A DNA stretch of 64,000 nucleotides, taken from NCBI GenBank assembly GCA_963828165.1, contig CAWHDR010000001.1:96001-160000 (forward strand), written 5' to 3'. The translations under genes were made by a program, and so were the position numbers. The DNA comes from an uncultured Chloroflexia bacterium (GTDB lineage: Bacteria > Chloroflexota > Limnocylindria > Limnocylindrales > CSP1-4). The notes beneath the pieces were generated by a model, which worked only from the letters and a program-made list of their open reading frames with translations, was not told where the DNA came from and made no database searches. Shown in pieces: positions 1-9,952 of this stretch. Each line of letters begins with the position of its first letter. Positions within the stretch are counted from its first letter, which is position 1.

Positions 1-1
1 C

Positions 2-1654
2 ATGACCGAGCGGGACGAGCTCGGCGTCGTGTCCTTCAACGAGCAGGCCCACTGGGTCGTGCAGACCCAGCCGCTCGGTGGCATCACGGACCTGCAGGGC
101 AAGATCGCCGGCCTCCAGCCCCTCGGCCAGACGAACATCTTCGCGGGCCTCGAGCAGGCCGTCGAGTCCCTCGAGGGCGCCGTCGCGACCCGTCGCCACA
201 TCATCCTGCTGACGGACGGCTGGTCGAGCTCCGGGCAGTACGACGCCATCCTCGACCGCATGAACGCCGCCGGCATCACGCTCTCCACGGTCGGGGCGGG
301 CGGAGGCTCCAACCCGTTCCTCGAGGGCCTCGCGACGCGCGGCGGTGGCCGCTTCTACGACGCGGCGAACCCGGCGAGCATCCCGGACATCTTCCTCAAG
401 GAGACCCAGCAGGTCTCCGGCCAGCAGATCGTGGAGGAGCCGTTCTTCCCGATCCTCACGTCATCCTCGCCGATCATGCGCGGACTCGACGAGGGCATGC
501 CGCGGCTGCGCGGGTACAACGGGACCACGGCCAAGCCCGCGGCCCAGACCGTCCTCGTGACGGCTCGCGACGATCCTCTCCTCGCGCAGTGGCAGTACGG
601 CCTGGGCCGGTCCGTTGCGTGGACGTCGGACACGACCGGGCGCTGGGCACGCGACTGGGTCGGCTGGAGCGGCTTCTCGCGGTTCTTCAGCCAGCTCGTG
701 TCGTGGACGTTCCCGGGCGAGGAGACCGGCGGCATCGAGGCGGTGTTCGACACGCAAGGCGGCAAGACCACCCTCCACGTGGAGTCCGTGGAGACCGACG
801 GTTCGCCGCGGGACTTCTACGACACGACCGCCGTGGTCGTGGGGCCGGACTTCCAGCCGAGCGACGTCTCGCTCGTGCAGATCGCCCCGGGGGTGTACGA
901 AGCGCCGCTCGGCGAGATCGACCCGGGCGCGTACGCCATCCGGGTCACGCAGACGCGGCCGGGGTCGTCGCCGCTGGGCCGCACGGTCGGACTCGTCGCA
1001 CCGACCGCCGCCGAGTACCGGCAGCTTGGCGCGAACGAGGCGTTCCTCGGGGCTCTCCGCGCGGCAACCGGCGGGGCCATCGTCGAGACGCCACTCGACC
1101 CGTGGCGCCACGACCTGCTCACGACGTCGCGTTCGACCGACCTGTGGCCGCTGCTGCTCGTGCTGGCCCTGCTCCTCTGGCCGCTCGATATCGCGCTGCG
1201 GCGCGTCTCGGTGGGTCGCCGCGAGTTCGCCGCCGCGGGGGCGTGGGTCCGCGCCATCCCGAAGCGTCGGCGCAGGGCGGCCCCGCGCACCGCCGCGGGC
1301 GAGGGCCTGTTCGCGGCGCGCGAACGGGCGACCTCAGCCTCGGTCCGGGCGGCGATCACGCGGGCGGATGCTGCGCCGACCCGAAGTGGGTCCCGGACGG
1401 AACCGATGGAGGACGGTGCGTTGGCAGCGACGGCAGCGGCCGTGCCTCGACCGACGCCCGAGCCGACTGCGCCGCCGTCGCCCGTGGTGCCGAAGCCCGC
1501 GACGGCACCAGCACCGACCCCGCCCGCTGGCGCCACACCAGCGCCGACGCCGCCTGCCGCCGCCTCCGCCGCTCGGGCTCCCGCTCCCGCTCCTGCTCCT
1601 GCCGACACGATGGCCCGCTTGCGAGAAGCGAAGAAGCGCGCCCAAGAGCGCTGA
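2..1654 (+). CDS. VWA domain-containing membrane protein (5' truncated by window edge), Pro/Ala-rich tail
   Basis: VWA-type motifs (LGVVSF, GQTNI, IILLTDG, GGGRFY), YGLGRSVAWTSD segment, C-terminal TM (LWPLLLVLALLLWPLDIALRR). Confidence 0.8.
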   Translation: MTERDELGVVSFNEQAHWVVQTQPLGGITDLQGKIAGLQPLGQTNIFAGLEQAVESLEGAVATRRHIILLTDGWSSSGQYDAILDRMNAAGITLSTVGAGGGSNPFLEGLATRGGGRFYDAANPASIPDIFLKETQQVSGQQIVEEPFFPILTSSSPIMRGLDEGMPRLRGYNGTTAKPAAQTVLVTARDDPLLAQWQYGLGRSVAWTSDTTGRWARDWVGWSGFSRFFSQLVSWTFPGEETGGIEAVFDTQGGKTTLHVESVETDGSPRDFYDTTAVVVGPDFQPSDVSLVQIAPGVYEAPLGEIDPGAYAIRVTQTRPGSSPLGRTVGLVAPTAAEYRQLGANEAFLGALRAATGGAIVETPLDPWRHDLLTTSRSTDLWPLLLVLALLLWPLDIALRRVSVGRREFAAAGAWVRAIPKRRRRAAPRTAAGEGLFAARERATSASVRAAITRADAAPTRSGSRTEPMEDGALAATAAAVPRPTPEPTAPPSPVVPKPATAPAPTPPAGATPAPTPPAAASAARAPAPAPAPADTMARLREAKKRAQER

Positions 1655-1688
1655 CTTCCGGGTGTCCATGGTTCGTGGGGGCGCAGGG

Positions 1689-1860
1689 TGTCAGTCTCAG
1701 GCACCGATACCAGACAGCCGTGCAGGGCCGGACTCGGGATGTCACCCTCAGGCACAGGATCTGGACAGGTCTGCACGACCGACCGCCCAGATTGCCCGGA
1801 TCTGCGCATGAGGCGATCGATCACGAGGGACCTGTGATTGGAGCGTGCCTCAGGCTGACA
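1689..1860. repeat. Three copies of 16-bp motif TGTCAnnCTnAGGCAC (two direct, one inverted)
   Basis: 1689-1704 tgtcagtctcaggcac; 1740-1755 tgtcaccctcaggcac; 1845-1860 gtgcctcaggctgaca (reverse complement). Confidence 0.65.
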
Positions 1861-1897
1861 TCGGCCTGCGCCCAAGCGCGGTGATAGCCTCGCACCG

Positions 1898-2365
1898 ATG
1901 CCCCTCCGTCAACGCTTTCTGCCGCTGGCCGCCGCGCTCCTGGCCGCGGCGTTCGTGGGAGCGTGCGGGACGATCTCGACGACGCCTCCCGCCCCGACCC
2001 CGGCCGACTTCCAGGGCATCGCCAGCGAGGTCACGAAGCGTGGCATCGCGATCGACCACATCGTGTCGGGCGACGCCGGCTGCACGGACCCGGTCCTGAT
2101 CCCCACGGCGATCGGATTCACCGCCAACGGGCTCGACCAGGCCGCCCCGACGCGCATCTACCTGTACGTCTTTCGGAACCGCGAAGCGTTCGAGCGGCTG
2201 CGCGCGACGGTCGACGGTTGCGCTCGATCGTTCGTGACCGACCCCGACACCTTCGAGACCATCGAGCAGTCGCCGTTCGTCGTGGCGGCGCAGGGCCCCT
2301 GGGCCCCCGAGTTCGAGGCCGCGCTGCGCGATTCCCTTGAGGTCGCCGCCGGCACCGGCGACTAG
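1898..2365 (+). CDS. Hypothetical lipoprotein
   Basis: Signal peptide with lipobox VGAC; TAGCCT -10 box 7 nt before ATG. Confidence 0.75.
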   Translation: MPLRQRFLPLAAALLAAAFVGACGTISTTPPAPTPADFQGIASEVTKRGIAIDHIVSGDAGCTDPVLIPTAIGFTANGLDQAAPTRIYLYVFRNREAFERLRATVDGCARSFVTDPDTFETIEQSPFVVAAQGPWAPEFEAALRDSLEVAAGTGD

Positions 2366-2387
2366 CCGCCCACTGGCATCGAGAGAT

Positions 2388-2556
2388 GCGCGCCGCAGGG
2401 GCGGCGCGGCGAAGGCGCCGAAGGCGCCGGGGGGCACGAGGGCGAGCGCGGAACCGTCGGGCCGATGGCTCGCGGAGCGTCGCCTCGGACTCCGGGGTAG
2501 TGCGTGAGCGAACGCGCGGACCCGGCAACGCGCGCCGCGCCGTTCCTGTGGCGTGC
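2388..2556 (+). repeat. Structured palindromic intergenic element (REP/MITE-like or ncRNA)
   Basis: 24-bp terminal stem 2388-2411/2533-2556 whose 4 mismatches are all G-U on the + strand; several internal hairpins. Confidence 0.55.
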
Positions 2557-2664
2557 CGCCGATGACGATGGTCCGGTCCCGTGTCCGGGACCGCACCTCC
2601 TTCCCATGCGGACTGGGACGACCGGGCCACAGTCCGGTGGCGTCTGGGTGGGGATGCTGCGGTC

Positions 2665-3405
2665 ATGCCCATTCAGGCCCGTGCCGCCCGGTCCCTGCTC
2701 GCCCTCGCCCTCATCGCGAGCCTCGTCGCGGCCGCGACCCCCGCGGCTGCATTCGGTCGCCAGCCGCTCGTCGCCGGCGTCGATCGCGCCGCCTCGAGCG
2801 CGCCACGGCCCGGTCCCGACGCCCACGACGTCAAGAGCCCCCCGCGACTCGTCCGCCGAGCGATCGACGAACGCACGACATTCGTGCAAGCACGTTCCGC
2901 CCGCGTCGCTTGGGTGACCCGGGCGATCCCGGACGTTCCCGCCCCGAAGCCGAAGTCGATCTCCAAGGCCGATCTCGCCGCGGGTGGCTCCGGCGGCTCC
3001 AGTCCGTCGACCTTCAAGGGCCGCAACCACGTCTGGATCCCGGCCCTGGGGATCAATCGGTCCGTGTCGTTCTTCTCCTGCTCGTCGTCGGCCTATCCGG
3101 GCAACCGCGTCTATCGATGGGGCTGTGCCGGTGGCAACAACGTCTACCTGTTCGCCCACGCCCACAGCGTCTTCAAGCCGCTCCACGACGCATACGTCCG
3201 CGGACGGCTCTCGAAGGGCATGAAGGTCGTCTACGCCGACGGCAACGGCCGGGTCAGCAGCTACGCGGTCGCGTGGTGGAAGGTCACGACCCCGGACAAG
3301 GGCGGCTTCGCCTACGCCGGCCAGTCCCGGCCGAGCCTCACGCTCCAGACATGCGTCGGCTCGAGGAGCCAGTACCGCCTGATCGTCCGGTTGCTCAAGG
3401 TCTGA
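2665..3405 (+). CDS. Sortase-domain protein with N-terminal signal/anchor
   Basis: IPALGI strand, catalytic His (FAHAHS), TLQTC and downstream Arg (YRLIV); ATG 2665 precedes hydrophobic signal. Confidence 0.8.
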   Translation: MPIQARAARSLLALALIASLVAAATPAAAFGRQPLVAGVDRAASSAPRPGPDAHDVKSPPRLVRRAIDERTTFVQARSARVAWVTRAIPDVPAPKPKSISKADLAAGGSGGSSPSTFKGRNHVWIPALGINRSVSFFSCSSSAYPGNRVYRWGCAGGNNVYLFAHAHSVFKPLHDAYVRGRLSKGMKVVYADGNGRVSSYAVAWWKVTTPDKGGFAYAGQSRPSLTLQTCVGSRSQYRLIVRLLKV

Positions 3406-3433
3406 CGCCCATCGCCGTAGCTCGGTCCTTGGC

Positions 3434-4600
3434 TCAGACGACGCGCAGACCCAGCACCTTGCGCGCGATCACCAGCCGCTGGATCTGACTGGTCCCCTCC
3501 CCGATCTCGGTCAGCTTCGCATCACGCATGAAGCGTTCCACGGGATAGTCCGAGACGTAGCCGTAGCCGCCGTGGATCTGGATCGCGGCATTCGTCGCGC
3601 GGGCGCTCACCTCGGAGGCGAACAGCTTCGCCTCGGCCGCCACGAGCCCGTAGTCACGCCCCTGATCCTTCAGCCAGGCGGCTTTCCAGACGAGCGCCCG
3701 AGCCGCCTCGATCTCGGTCGCCATGTCGGCGACCATGAACGCGACACCCTGGAACGACCCGATCGGGCGGCCGAACTGCTCGCGCGTCTGCGCGTACGGG
3801 ATCGCGGCGTCGAGCGCCGCCTGGGCGAGACCGACGGCCAATGCGCCGATCGAGATCCGCCCGCCGTCGAGGATCTTGAGGAACATCCGAAACCCGTCGC
3901 CGCGGTCCCCGAGCAGGTTCGCCGCCGGGATCGCCGCGCCGTCGAAGCGCAGCTCGCCGGTCGCCGAGGCGTGGAGACCGAGCTTGTCTTCGAGCCGTCC
4001 GACCGAGAAACCCGGTGTGTCGGCGGGCACGATGAAGGCGCTGATCTCCGCGTCGCCCTTGGCCGTCTCGCCGGTACGCGCCGTCACGATGTAGGTCCCG
4101 GCCTGCCCGGCGTTCGTGATGAACCGCTTGGAGCCGTCGAGCACCCAGCGACCGCCATCCTCCCCGTCGTCGAACCGGGCCGTCGTCCTGGTTCCGCCTG
4201 CGTCCGAGCCGGCACCGGGCTCCGTGAGGCCGTAGGCGCCCAACACCTTGCCCTGCGCCATCGGGACGAGGTGGGTCTGCTTCTGGTCGTCGGTGCCGGC
4301 GAGGTGGAGCGGGCCGCAGCCGAGGCTCGTGTGGGCGGCCACGATCAGGCCCAGCGAGCCCCACACGCGCCCGATCTCCTCGATCGCGACGGCGTAGGCC
4401 AGGGTATCGAGACCCGCGCCGCCCTCGTCCTCCGGGATCGGGATGCCGAGCCAGCCGAGCTCCCCGATGCGGCGGACGATGTCGGTCGGGAAGCGGCGCT
4501 CGCGCTCATGTTCCTCGAGGACCGGAGCGACTTCGGTCAGCATGAAGTCGCGGATCGTGTCGCGGAGCAGCGTGTGTTCGGCGGGCAGATCCAGGTCCAT
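3434..4600 (-). CDS. Acyl-CoA dehydrogenase (short/branched-chain type)
   Basis: [36 protein letters not shown] motifs; TAGGCT -10 box 8 nt before ATG 4600. Confidence 0.95.
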   Translation of the reverse strand: MDLDLPAEHTLLRDTIRDFMLTEVAPVLEEHERERRFPTDIVRRIGELGWLGIPIPEDEGGAGLDTLAYAVAIEEIGRVWGSLGLIVAAHTSLGCGPLHLAGTDDQKQTHLVPMAQGKVLGAYGLTEPGAGSDAGGTRTTARFDDGEDGGRWVLDGSKRFITNAGQAGTYIVTARTGETAKGDAEISAFIVPADTPGFSVGRLEDKLGLHASATGELRFDGAAIPAANLLGDRGDGFRMFLKILDGGRISIGALAVGLAQAALDAAIPYAQTREQFGRPIGSFQGVAFMVADMATEIEAARALVWKAAWLKDQGRDYGLVAAEAKLFASEVSARATNAAIQIHGGYGYVSDYPVERFMRDAKLTEIGEGTSQIQRLVIARKVLGLRVV

Positions 4601-4658
4601 CGGCGGCGAGCCTACCATCACAGCAGGACGGCGGTCCCGGTGCTAGCCTTCGGCCACG

Positions 4659-5396
4659 ATGCGCGAGTCGAACGCCGAGCACCAGGCGTCCGTCAACGTC
4701 CACCCCTCGGTCGCCGATGCGGGCCGTCCCGGCACCGTACCGGTCGACGCCGTGGGCGGCTCTTCGAGCCTGCGAAGGGCGCTGTTGCTCCGCCTGCGCC
4801 ACGACGGACCGAGCTCGCCCGAGGATTTGGCCACCGGTCTCGGCGTGAGTCGGACCGGCGTCCTCCAGCAGCTCCATGCGCTCGAGACCGCGGGCCTGGT
4901 CAGCCGCCAGGCCGTCCGTCACGGCGTCGGGCGACCGCGTCACGTGTACGACGTGACGGACGCCGCCCAGGATCTCTTTCCAACCAACTACGACGGGCTC
5001 GCCAGCGGCCTGCTTGCCGCGATCCGGGCGATCGGCGGCGAAGAGCTGGTCGACGGCGTTTTCGAGGAACGCCGGCGCATGACGCGCGACCGGATCCGGC
5101 AGCGGATGACGGATCGCCTGACCCCGCAGGCGCGCCTGGTCGATCGGGCACGGGAGCTGGCGGTGATCCAGGACGAGCTGGGCTATCTCGCCGAGACGCT
5201 CATCGGGCCCGACGGCGTCATCCGCCTGGTCGAACGCAACTGCGCGATCCACCGCGTGGCGGCCGACAACGGCGCCGCCTGCCAAGCCGAGCTCGACCTG
5301 TTCCGCGAGATCCTCGGGCCCGACGTCGTGCGCGAGACGCACATCGCCGCCGGCGACCGCTGCTGCACGTATCGCATCGGTCGCGCCAGCGACTGA
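4659..5396 (+). CDS. HTH transcriptional regulator, SufR/ArsR-like with C-terminal Cys cluster
   Basis: HTH followed by GVGRPRHVY; ERNCAI...CQAEL...GDRCCTY. Confidence 0.8.
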   Translation: MRESNAEHQASVNVHPSVADAGRPGTVPVDAVGGSSSLRRALLLRLRHDGPSSPEDLATGLGVSRTGVLQQLHALETAGLVSRQAVRHGVGRPRHVYDVTDAAQDLFPTNYDGLASGLLAAIRAIGGEELVDGVFEERRRMTRDRIRQRMTDRLTPQARLVDRARELAVIQDELGYLAETLIGPDGVIRLVERNCAIHRVAADNGAACQAELDLFREILGPDVVRETHIAAGDRCCTYRIGRASD

Positions 5397-5409
5397 GGCC
5401 CGCTCCGCC

Positions 5410-6462
5410 TCAGGCTTCCTCGCGCTCGACGGCTACCCGGGAAGCCGGCTCGAGACGCGGCGCCGGCACGTCCGAGACGTTCGGGACGAACGAGGCGGCC
5501 ATCGAGGTCGCGGCAGCCTGCTGCTGGTCGTCCACGGACAGGATCCCGAGACGGCCAAGCTGGGCCATCTCATCGCGGATGTAGGTCTTGAGCATCTCGG
5601 GGCCGTCCGTGTTGATCGTGAACCGGATCTCGTTGCGCCGGAGCGTGTCGAAGATCCAGCGGAACTCGTCCCAGCTCGACACGACCTTCGTGTTGAGGTT
5701 GGAGGTCGGGCAGATCTCGAGCACGATCCCACGCTCGCGGATCATCTCCATGGCGCGCGGATCGTAGGCCGCCTTGACGCCATGGCCGATGCGGTCGGGC
5801 TCGAGCAGCTCCACCACCCGGGCGACCTCATCGACCGGGCCCGCCTCGCCGGTATGGACCGTGAGCCCCAGGCCGTACTGGCGAACTCGCCGGAAGAGTC
5901 GCTTGTAGTCGGCCACCCTGAAGGTCGATGCCTCGGGGCCGGCGATATCGACGCCGACGACACCGCGATCACGCCAGGCGATGGCCTTCTCAGCGATGAT
6001 CTCGTTGAGCTCGAACGGGAACGCGCGGTCGAGGCAGAAGATCAAGCCGGGCTTGATCGGATACTCGAGGGTCGCCTTGTCCATGCCCCGGACCGCCGCG
6101 GCGATGATGTGGTCGAGATCCTGCTCGCCGCCTCGGTTTCGCTTCATCGGATTGAAGCGCAGCTCCATCGTCGTGATGTTGTTCTTGCGGTAGGCGCCGC
6201 CGACGACCTCGTAGACGCTGCGCTCGACCGCCAACGGCGAGCTCTGGATGAGCTCGGTCCAATGGAACAGCTGCAGGTAGCCATCGAAGCTCTGGGTCCG
6301 CTTCGACACGGTGATCATGTCGCGGAATTCCCAGTAGTCCTTGGTCGGCAGCTTGATGCCCTGGGAATGGGCGATGCCCCACATGATGGCCGGGGTGACG
6401 GCGCCGCCGAGATGGCAATGCAGCTCCGCGAGCTGGATCTTGCGGGCAAGCTGACGAGCCAT
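5410..6462 (-). CDS. add: Adenosine deaminase family metallohydrolase
   Basis: LHCHLGG, HTGE, RIGHG, LEICPTSN motifs; real start ATG 6462 (TATCCT 6 nt upstream); upstream part of the listed ORF is a shadow. Confidence 0.85.
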   Translation of the reverse strand: MARQLARKIQLAELHCHLGGAVTPAIMWGIAHSQGIKLPTKDYWEFRDMITVSKRTQSFDGYLQLFHWTELIQSSPLAVERSVYEVVGGAYRKNNITTMELRFNPMKRNRGGEQDLDHIIAAAVRGMDKATLEYPIKPGLIFCLDRAFPFELNEIIAEKAIAWRDRGVVGVDIAGPEASTFRVADYKRLFRRVRQYGLGLTVHTGEAGPVDEVARVVELLEPDRIGHGVKAAYDPRAMEMIRERGIVLEICPTSNLNTKVVSSWDEFRWIFDTLRRNEIRFTINTDGPEMLKTYIRDEMAQLGRLGILSVDDQQQAAATSMAASFVPNVSDVPAPRLEPASRVAVEREEA

Positions 6463-6497
6463 GGTCGCAGGATACCCGGCGAGGCGGATCCAGGGCG

Positions 6498-7862
6498 TCA
6501 GCCGATGCGGATCATCTTCTTGTTCACGAACTCGTCGGCGCCGAAGCGGCCGAGCTCGCGGCCCGAGCCCGAGCGCTTGATGCCGCCGAAGGGTAGCTCG
6601 ACGCCGTCGGCGAGCACGACGTTCACGAAGACCATGCCGGCCTCGATGCCGTCGGCGACGCGCAGCGCCTGCTCCTTGTCGGTGCTGTACACGTACGAGC
6701 CCAGGCCGTACGGGGTGTCGTTCGCGATGCGCACGGCGTCTGCCTCGTCCTTCGCGCGGTAGACCTGCGCGACGGGGCCGAAGAATTCCTCCTTCGACGC
6801 GGGGTTCTCCGGCGTGACATCCGTCAGCACGGTCGTCTGGAAGAACGCACCGTCGCGGGTGCCGCCGTGGACGAGCGTGGCGCCGTGCTCGATCGCGCGC
6901 TTGACTTGCTCGTCGATGTTCTCGGCGGCCTTCAGCGACGACAACGGGCCGAGCGCCGCGTCGGCCGACGTCGGATCGGTCGCCTCGATCTCGGCGAGCT
7001 TCGCGGTGAACTTCTCGAGGAAGGGGTCGTACAGCTCGTCGGCGACGATGAAGCGCTTGGCCGCATTGCACGACTGGCCACTGTTGTCGAGGCGGGCGTC
7101 GACCGCGTTCTGCACCGTGGCGTCGAGGTCGTCGGTCGAGAGCAGGATGAACGGGTCCGAGCCGCCGAGCTCGAGCACGACCTTCTTCAGGTGGCGGCCG
7201 GCGATCTCGGCGACCGCGGCGCCGGCGCGCTCGGAGCCGGTGAGCGAGACGCCCTGCACGCGCGGGTCTGCGATGACCCGCTCGAGCTGGTCGTGCGAGG
7301 CGTAGACGTTCACGTAGGCGCCTGCTGGGAAGCCCGCGTCGAGGAAGATCTGCTGGATCGCGGCGGCGGACTCGGGGCACTGCGCGGCGTGCTTGAGCAG
7401 GATCGTGTTGCCGATGATGAGGTTCGGGCCGGCGAAGCGGGCGACCTGGTAGTACGGGAAGTTCCACGGCATGACGCCGAGCAGCACCCCGAGCGACGAG
7501 CGGCGGATGACCGCCGAGCCATCGCCGGCCAGGAGCTGGATGGGCTCGTCCTTCAGGAAGTCCGGCGAGTGGTCGGCGTAGTACTCGTAGATGTCCGCGG
7601 CGAAGTCGACCTCGCTGAGCGCCTGCCCGATCGGCTTGCCCATCTCACGCACGATGAGCTCCGCCAGTTCCTGACTGCGCTCGCGGTGCAGTTCGCTGAC
7701 GCGGCGGATGAGGGCCGCGCGCTCCTCGACCGTGGTCGACTTCGACCAGGTGCGGTGCGCCTCGTCGGCCGCGGCGACCGCGGCCTCGAGCTCGGCGTCG
7801 GTGATGATGTCGTAGGTCTTGACCGTCTCGCCCGTGGCGGGGTTGGTCACGGCATAGCTCAA
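6498..7862 (-). CDS. gabD: NAD(P)-dependent succinate-semialdehyde dehydrogenase
   Basis: MPWNFP, LTGS, LELGGSDP, NSGQSC, EEFFGPV aldehyde dehydrogenase motifs; TTG start after GGAG. Confidence 0.88.
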   Translation of the reverse strand: MSYAVTNPATGETVKTYDIITDAELEAAVAAADEAHRTWSKSTTVEERAALIRRVSELHRERSQELAELIVREMGKPIGQALSEVDFAADIYEYYADHSPDFLKDEPIQLLAGDGSAVIRRSSLGVLLGVMPWNFPYYQVARFAGPNLIIGNTILLKHAAQCPESAAAIQQIFLDAGFPAGAYVNVYASHDQLERVIADPRVQGVSLTGSERAGAAVAEIAGRHLKKVVLELGGSDPFILLSTDDLDATVQNAVDARLDNSGQSCNAAKRFIVADELYDPFLEKFTAKLAEIEATDPTSADAALGPLSSLKAAENIDEQVKRAIEHGATLVHGGTRDGAFFQTTVLTDVTPENPASKEEFFGPVAQVYRAKDEADAVRIANDTPYGLGSYVYSTDKEQALRVADGIEAGMVFVNVVLADGVELPFGGIKRSGSGRELGRFGADEFVNKKMIRIG

Positions 7863-8082
7863 GGTGGGGTCTCCGTGTCAGTGCGCACGCCGAGGGGGTA
7901 TGCCGCGGTGCAGTCACTCGTGCGCCGAACAAGATATACCACCGACTGATTCACGACGAAGCGGTTGCTCAGGGCTCGACGCGCACCTGGAATGGCCCCG
8001 ACAACGCTGCCGATCTCGGCGAGGCGGACCCAGGTCACGAGCGGGTGGACCTTGGCCTTGGCCCGGCCGGCGCCGCGGCGGG

Positions 8083-8799
8083 TCAGTCGCAGAAGGGCAG
8101 GAACTTGGGGCCGTGGCGACGCACGAGCTGGACGGTGAAGCCGGCTTTTGACGTGAAGATCGCCTGATCGGCCCCGACGGGGGCGATCGTCCCCTCGGCG
8201 GCGTTGATCGCGTCGCCGTGGTCGTAGTCGACGAGTCCGACCGGGTCCCACCAGCTCCCACCGTGATCGATCCCGCTCCAGATCCCGCAGTGCCCCAGCG
8301 AGAAGGGCTGCGGGCCACCGGGGATCGGCGGCCGCGAGGTGGGCGGTAGCTGGATGCCGAACGCCTCCTGGCGCTGGGCGTCCAGGTTCCCGTTCGTGAC
8401 CTTGATGTGGAAGCTCAGTGCGCCGCCGACGAACTCGAGCGTCATGTCGCCCTCGGAGCGCGCCACGAGCGTCGTCGGGCAACCTTGCCCTGCGGGGCAG
8501 CCGAACGGCCCGACCTGGACATAGCCGATCCTCGGGTCGTCGGCGGTCAGGAGGGTCGTGACGTGCGCCACGACGCGACGACAGTCCCCTTCCCCGAGGC
8601 CGATGCAGGCGGTGGGCACACGCGCCAGGTCCACGGCGCCTGCGGCGGTGGCGCTCGGCTGGGGTGGCTCGCTTGGGCTGGTGGTTGCCGACGGGCTCCC
8701 ACTGGCGCTCGCGCAGGCGGCGAGCAGGATGGTCACGACGACGAGGGACGCGATCTGGGCGATGGGTGGCCGCCTGACGGAGCGATGGGGGGTGCTCAT
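8083..8799 (-). CDS. Cys-rich hypothetical lipoprotein
   Basis: Lipobox LAAC, Ser/Pro linker, paired cysteines, LGHCG motif. Confidence 0.7.
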   Translation of the reverse strand: MSTPHRSVRRPPIAQIASLVVVTILLAACASASGSPSATTSPSEPPQPSATAAGAVDLARVPTACIGLGEGDCRRVVAHVTTLLTADDPRIGYVQVGPFGCPAGQGCPTTLVARSEGDMTLEFVGGALSFHIKVTNGNLDAQRQEAFGIQLPPTSRPPIPGGPQPFSLGHCGIWSGIDHGGSWWDPVGLVDYDHGDAINAAEGTIAPVGADQAIFTSKAGFTVQLVRRHGPKFLPFCD

Positions 8800-8848
8800 G
8801 ACGCCCGGGACGCCGCGATGCCGGTCGCGGTTTCGCCCGTCCGCCGTG

Positions 8849-9907
8849 TCAGCCGGCCAATGGGACGACCCGGCCCTCCGCGTCGAGCGTGGCCTCGCGG
8901 CGCAGCCGCTTCAGCTCGGCGCCCGGCACCTGATCGCGCGCGTGGTAGCTCGAGCGGACGAGCGGGGCCGCCTCGACGTGCTTGAACCCCAGCCCGAGTG
9001 CCTGGACCTTCATCTCGGCGAACTCGTCGGGGTGGTAGTAGCGCTCGAGCGGGAGGTGCTTGAGCGACGGACGCAGGTACTGACCGACCGTCAGGATGTC
9101 GACGTCCGCCGCGCGTAGCGCCTCGAACGCCTCGGTGAGCTCTGGGCGGGTCTCGCCCAGGCCGACCATCAACGAGCTCTTCGTGTGGACCGGATAGCCG
9201 ATATCGAGCGCCATCTCCTTCGCCCGGGCGAGGACGTACAGCGAGCGATCCCACCGAGCGCGCTTGCGGACCGGCTTCTGGAGGCGCTTCACGGTCTCGA
9301 GGTTGTGGTTGAGGATGTCGGGGCGGGCATCCATGACCGTCTGCAGGCGATCGTCGGAGCCGTCGAAGTCGGGGATGAGCACCTCGATGCCCATGCCGGG
9401 CGACCGCTCGCGCATCGCGAGGATCGTCTCGGCGAAGATGCGGGAGCCGCCGTCGGGCAGGTCGTCACGCGCCACGCTCGTCACGACGACGTGCTCCAGA
9501 CCAAGCTGGCTGACGGCCTCCGCGACGCGACGAGGCTCGTCGTCGTCGAACCAGGTGGGGCGGCCGGTCTTCACGGCGCAGAACCCACAGGCCCGGGTGC
9601 ACGTGTCGCCGAGGATCATGATCGTGGCGGTGCGCTGGTCCCAGCACTCCCCGATGTTCGGGCAGTGGGCCTCCTCGCAGACGGTGTTCAGGTCGAGGCC
9701 GCGAAGCAGGCCCTTGAGCTCGTGGAAGTTGTCACCGGACGGCATCCGGGCGCGGATCCAGTCGGGGTGGCGCCGAAGGGCGACCGAGCCATCGGCCGCC
9801 GGCAGCCCGGCCGCTCCACCACCGCCGATCGAGATGGGCAGGTCCGGGCGCTGGTGATGGGTGGGTCCCGAGGGCGCGGATTCGAACATCGGGAGCTCGC
9901 GAGCCAT
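8849..9907 (-). CDS. lipA: Lipoyl synthase
   Basis: [20 protein letters not shown] radical-SAM motif, RSSY. Confidence 0.97.
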   Translation of the reverse strand: MARELPMFESAPSGPTHHQRPDLPISIGGGGAAGLPAADGSVALRRHPDWIRARMPSGDNFHELKGLLRGLDLNTVCEEAHCPNIGECWDQRTATIMILGDTCTRACGFCAVKTGRPTWFDDDEPRRVAEAVSQLGLEHVVVTSVARDDLPDGGSRIFAETILAMRERSPGMGIEVLIPDFDGSDDRLQTVMDARPDILNHNLETVKRLQKPVRKRARWDRSLYVLARAKEMALDIGYPVHTKSSLMVGLGETRPELTEAFEALRAADVDILTVGQYLRPSLKHLPLERYYHPDEFAEMKVQALGLGFKHVEAAPLVRSSYHARDQVPGAELKRLRREATLDAEGRVVPLAG

Positions 9908-9952
9908 GCTCGGAGTGTAGTGCCTCGGCCGCGCCTGGGCCCTGGACCGCGG

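Noticed and set aside
1689-1860. Mini CRISPR array
   Set aside because: Only 16-bp degenerate units, one inverted, and no cas genes
5410-7467. 685-aa adenosine deaminase with long N-terminal extension
   Set aside because: The extension is an out-of-frame shadow of gabD; a -10 box supports ATG 6462
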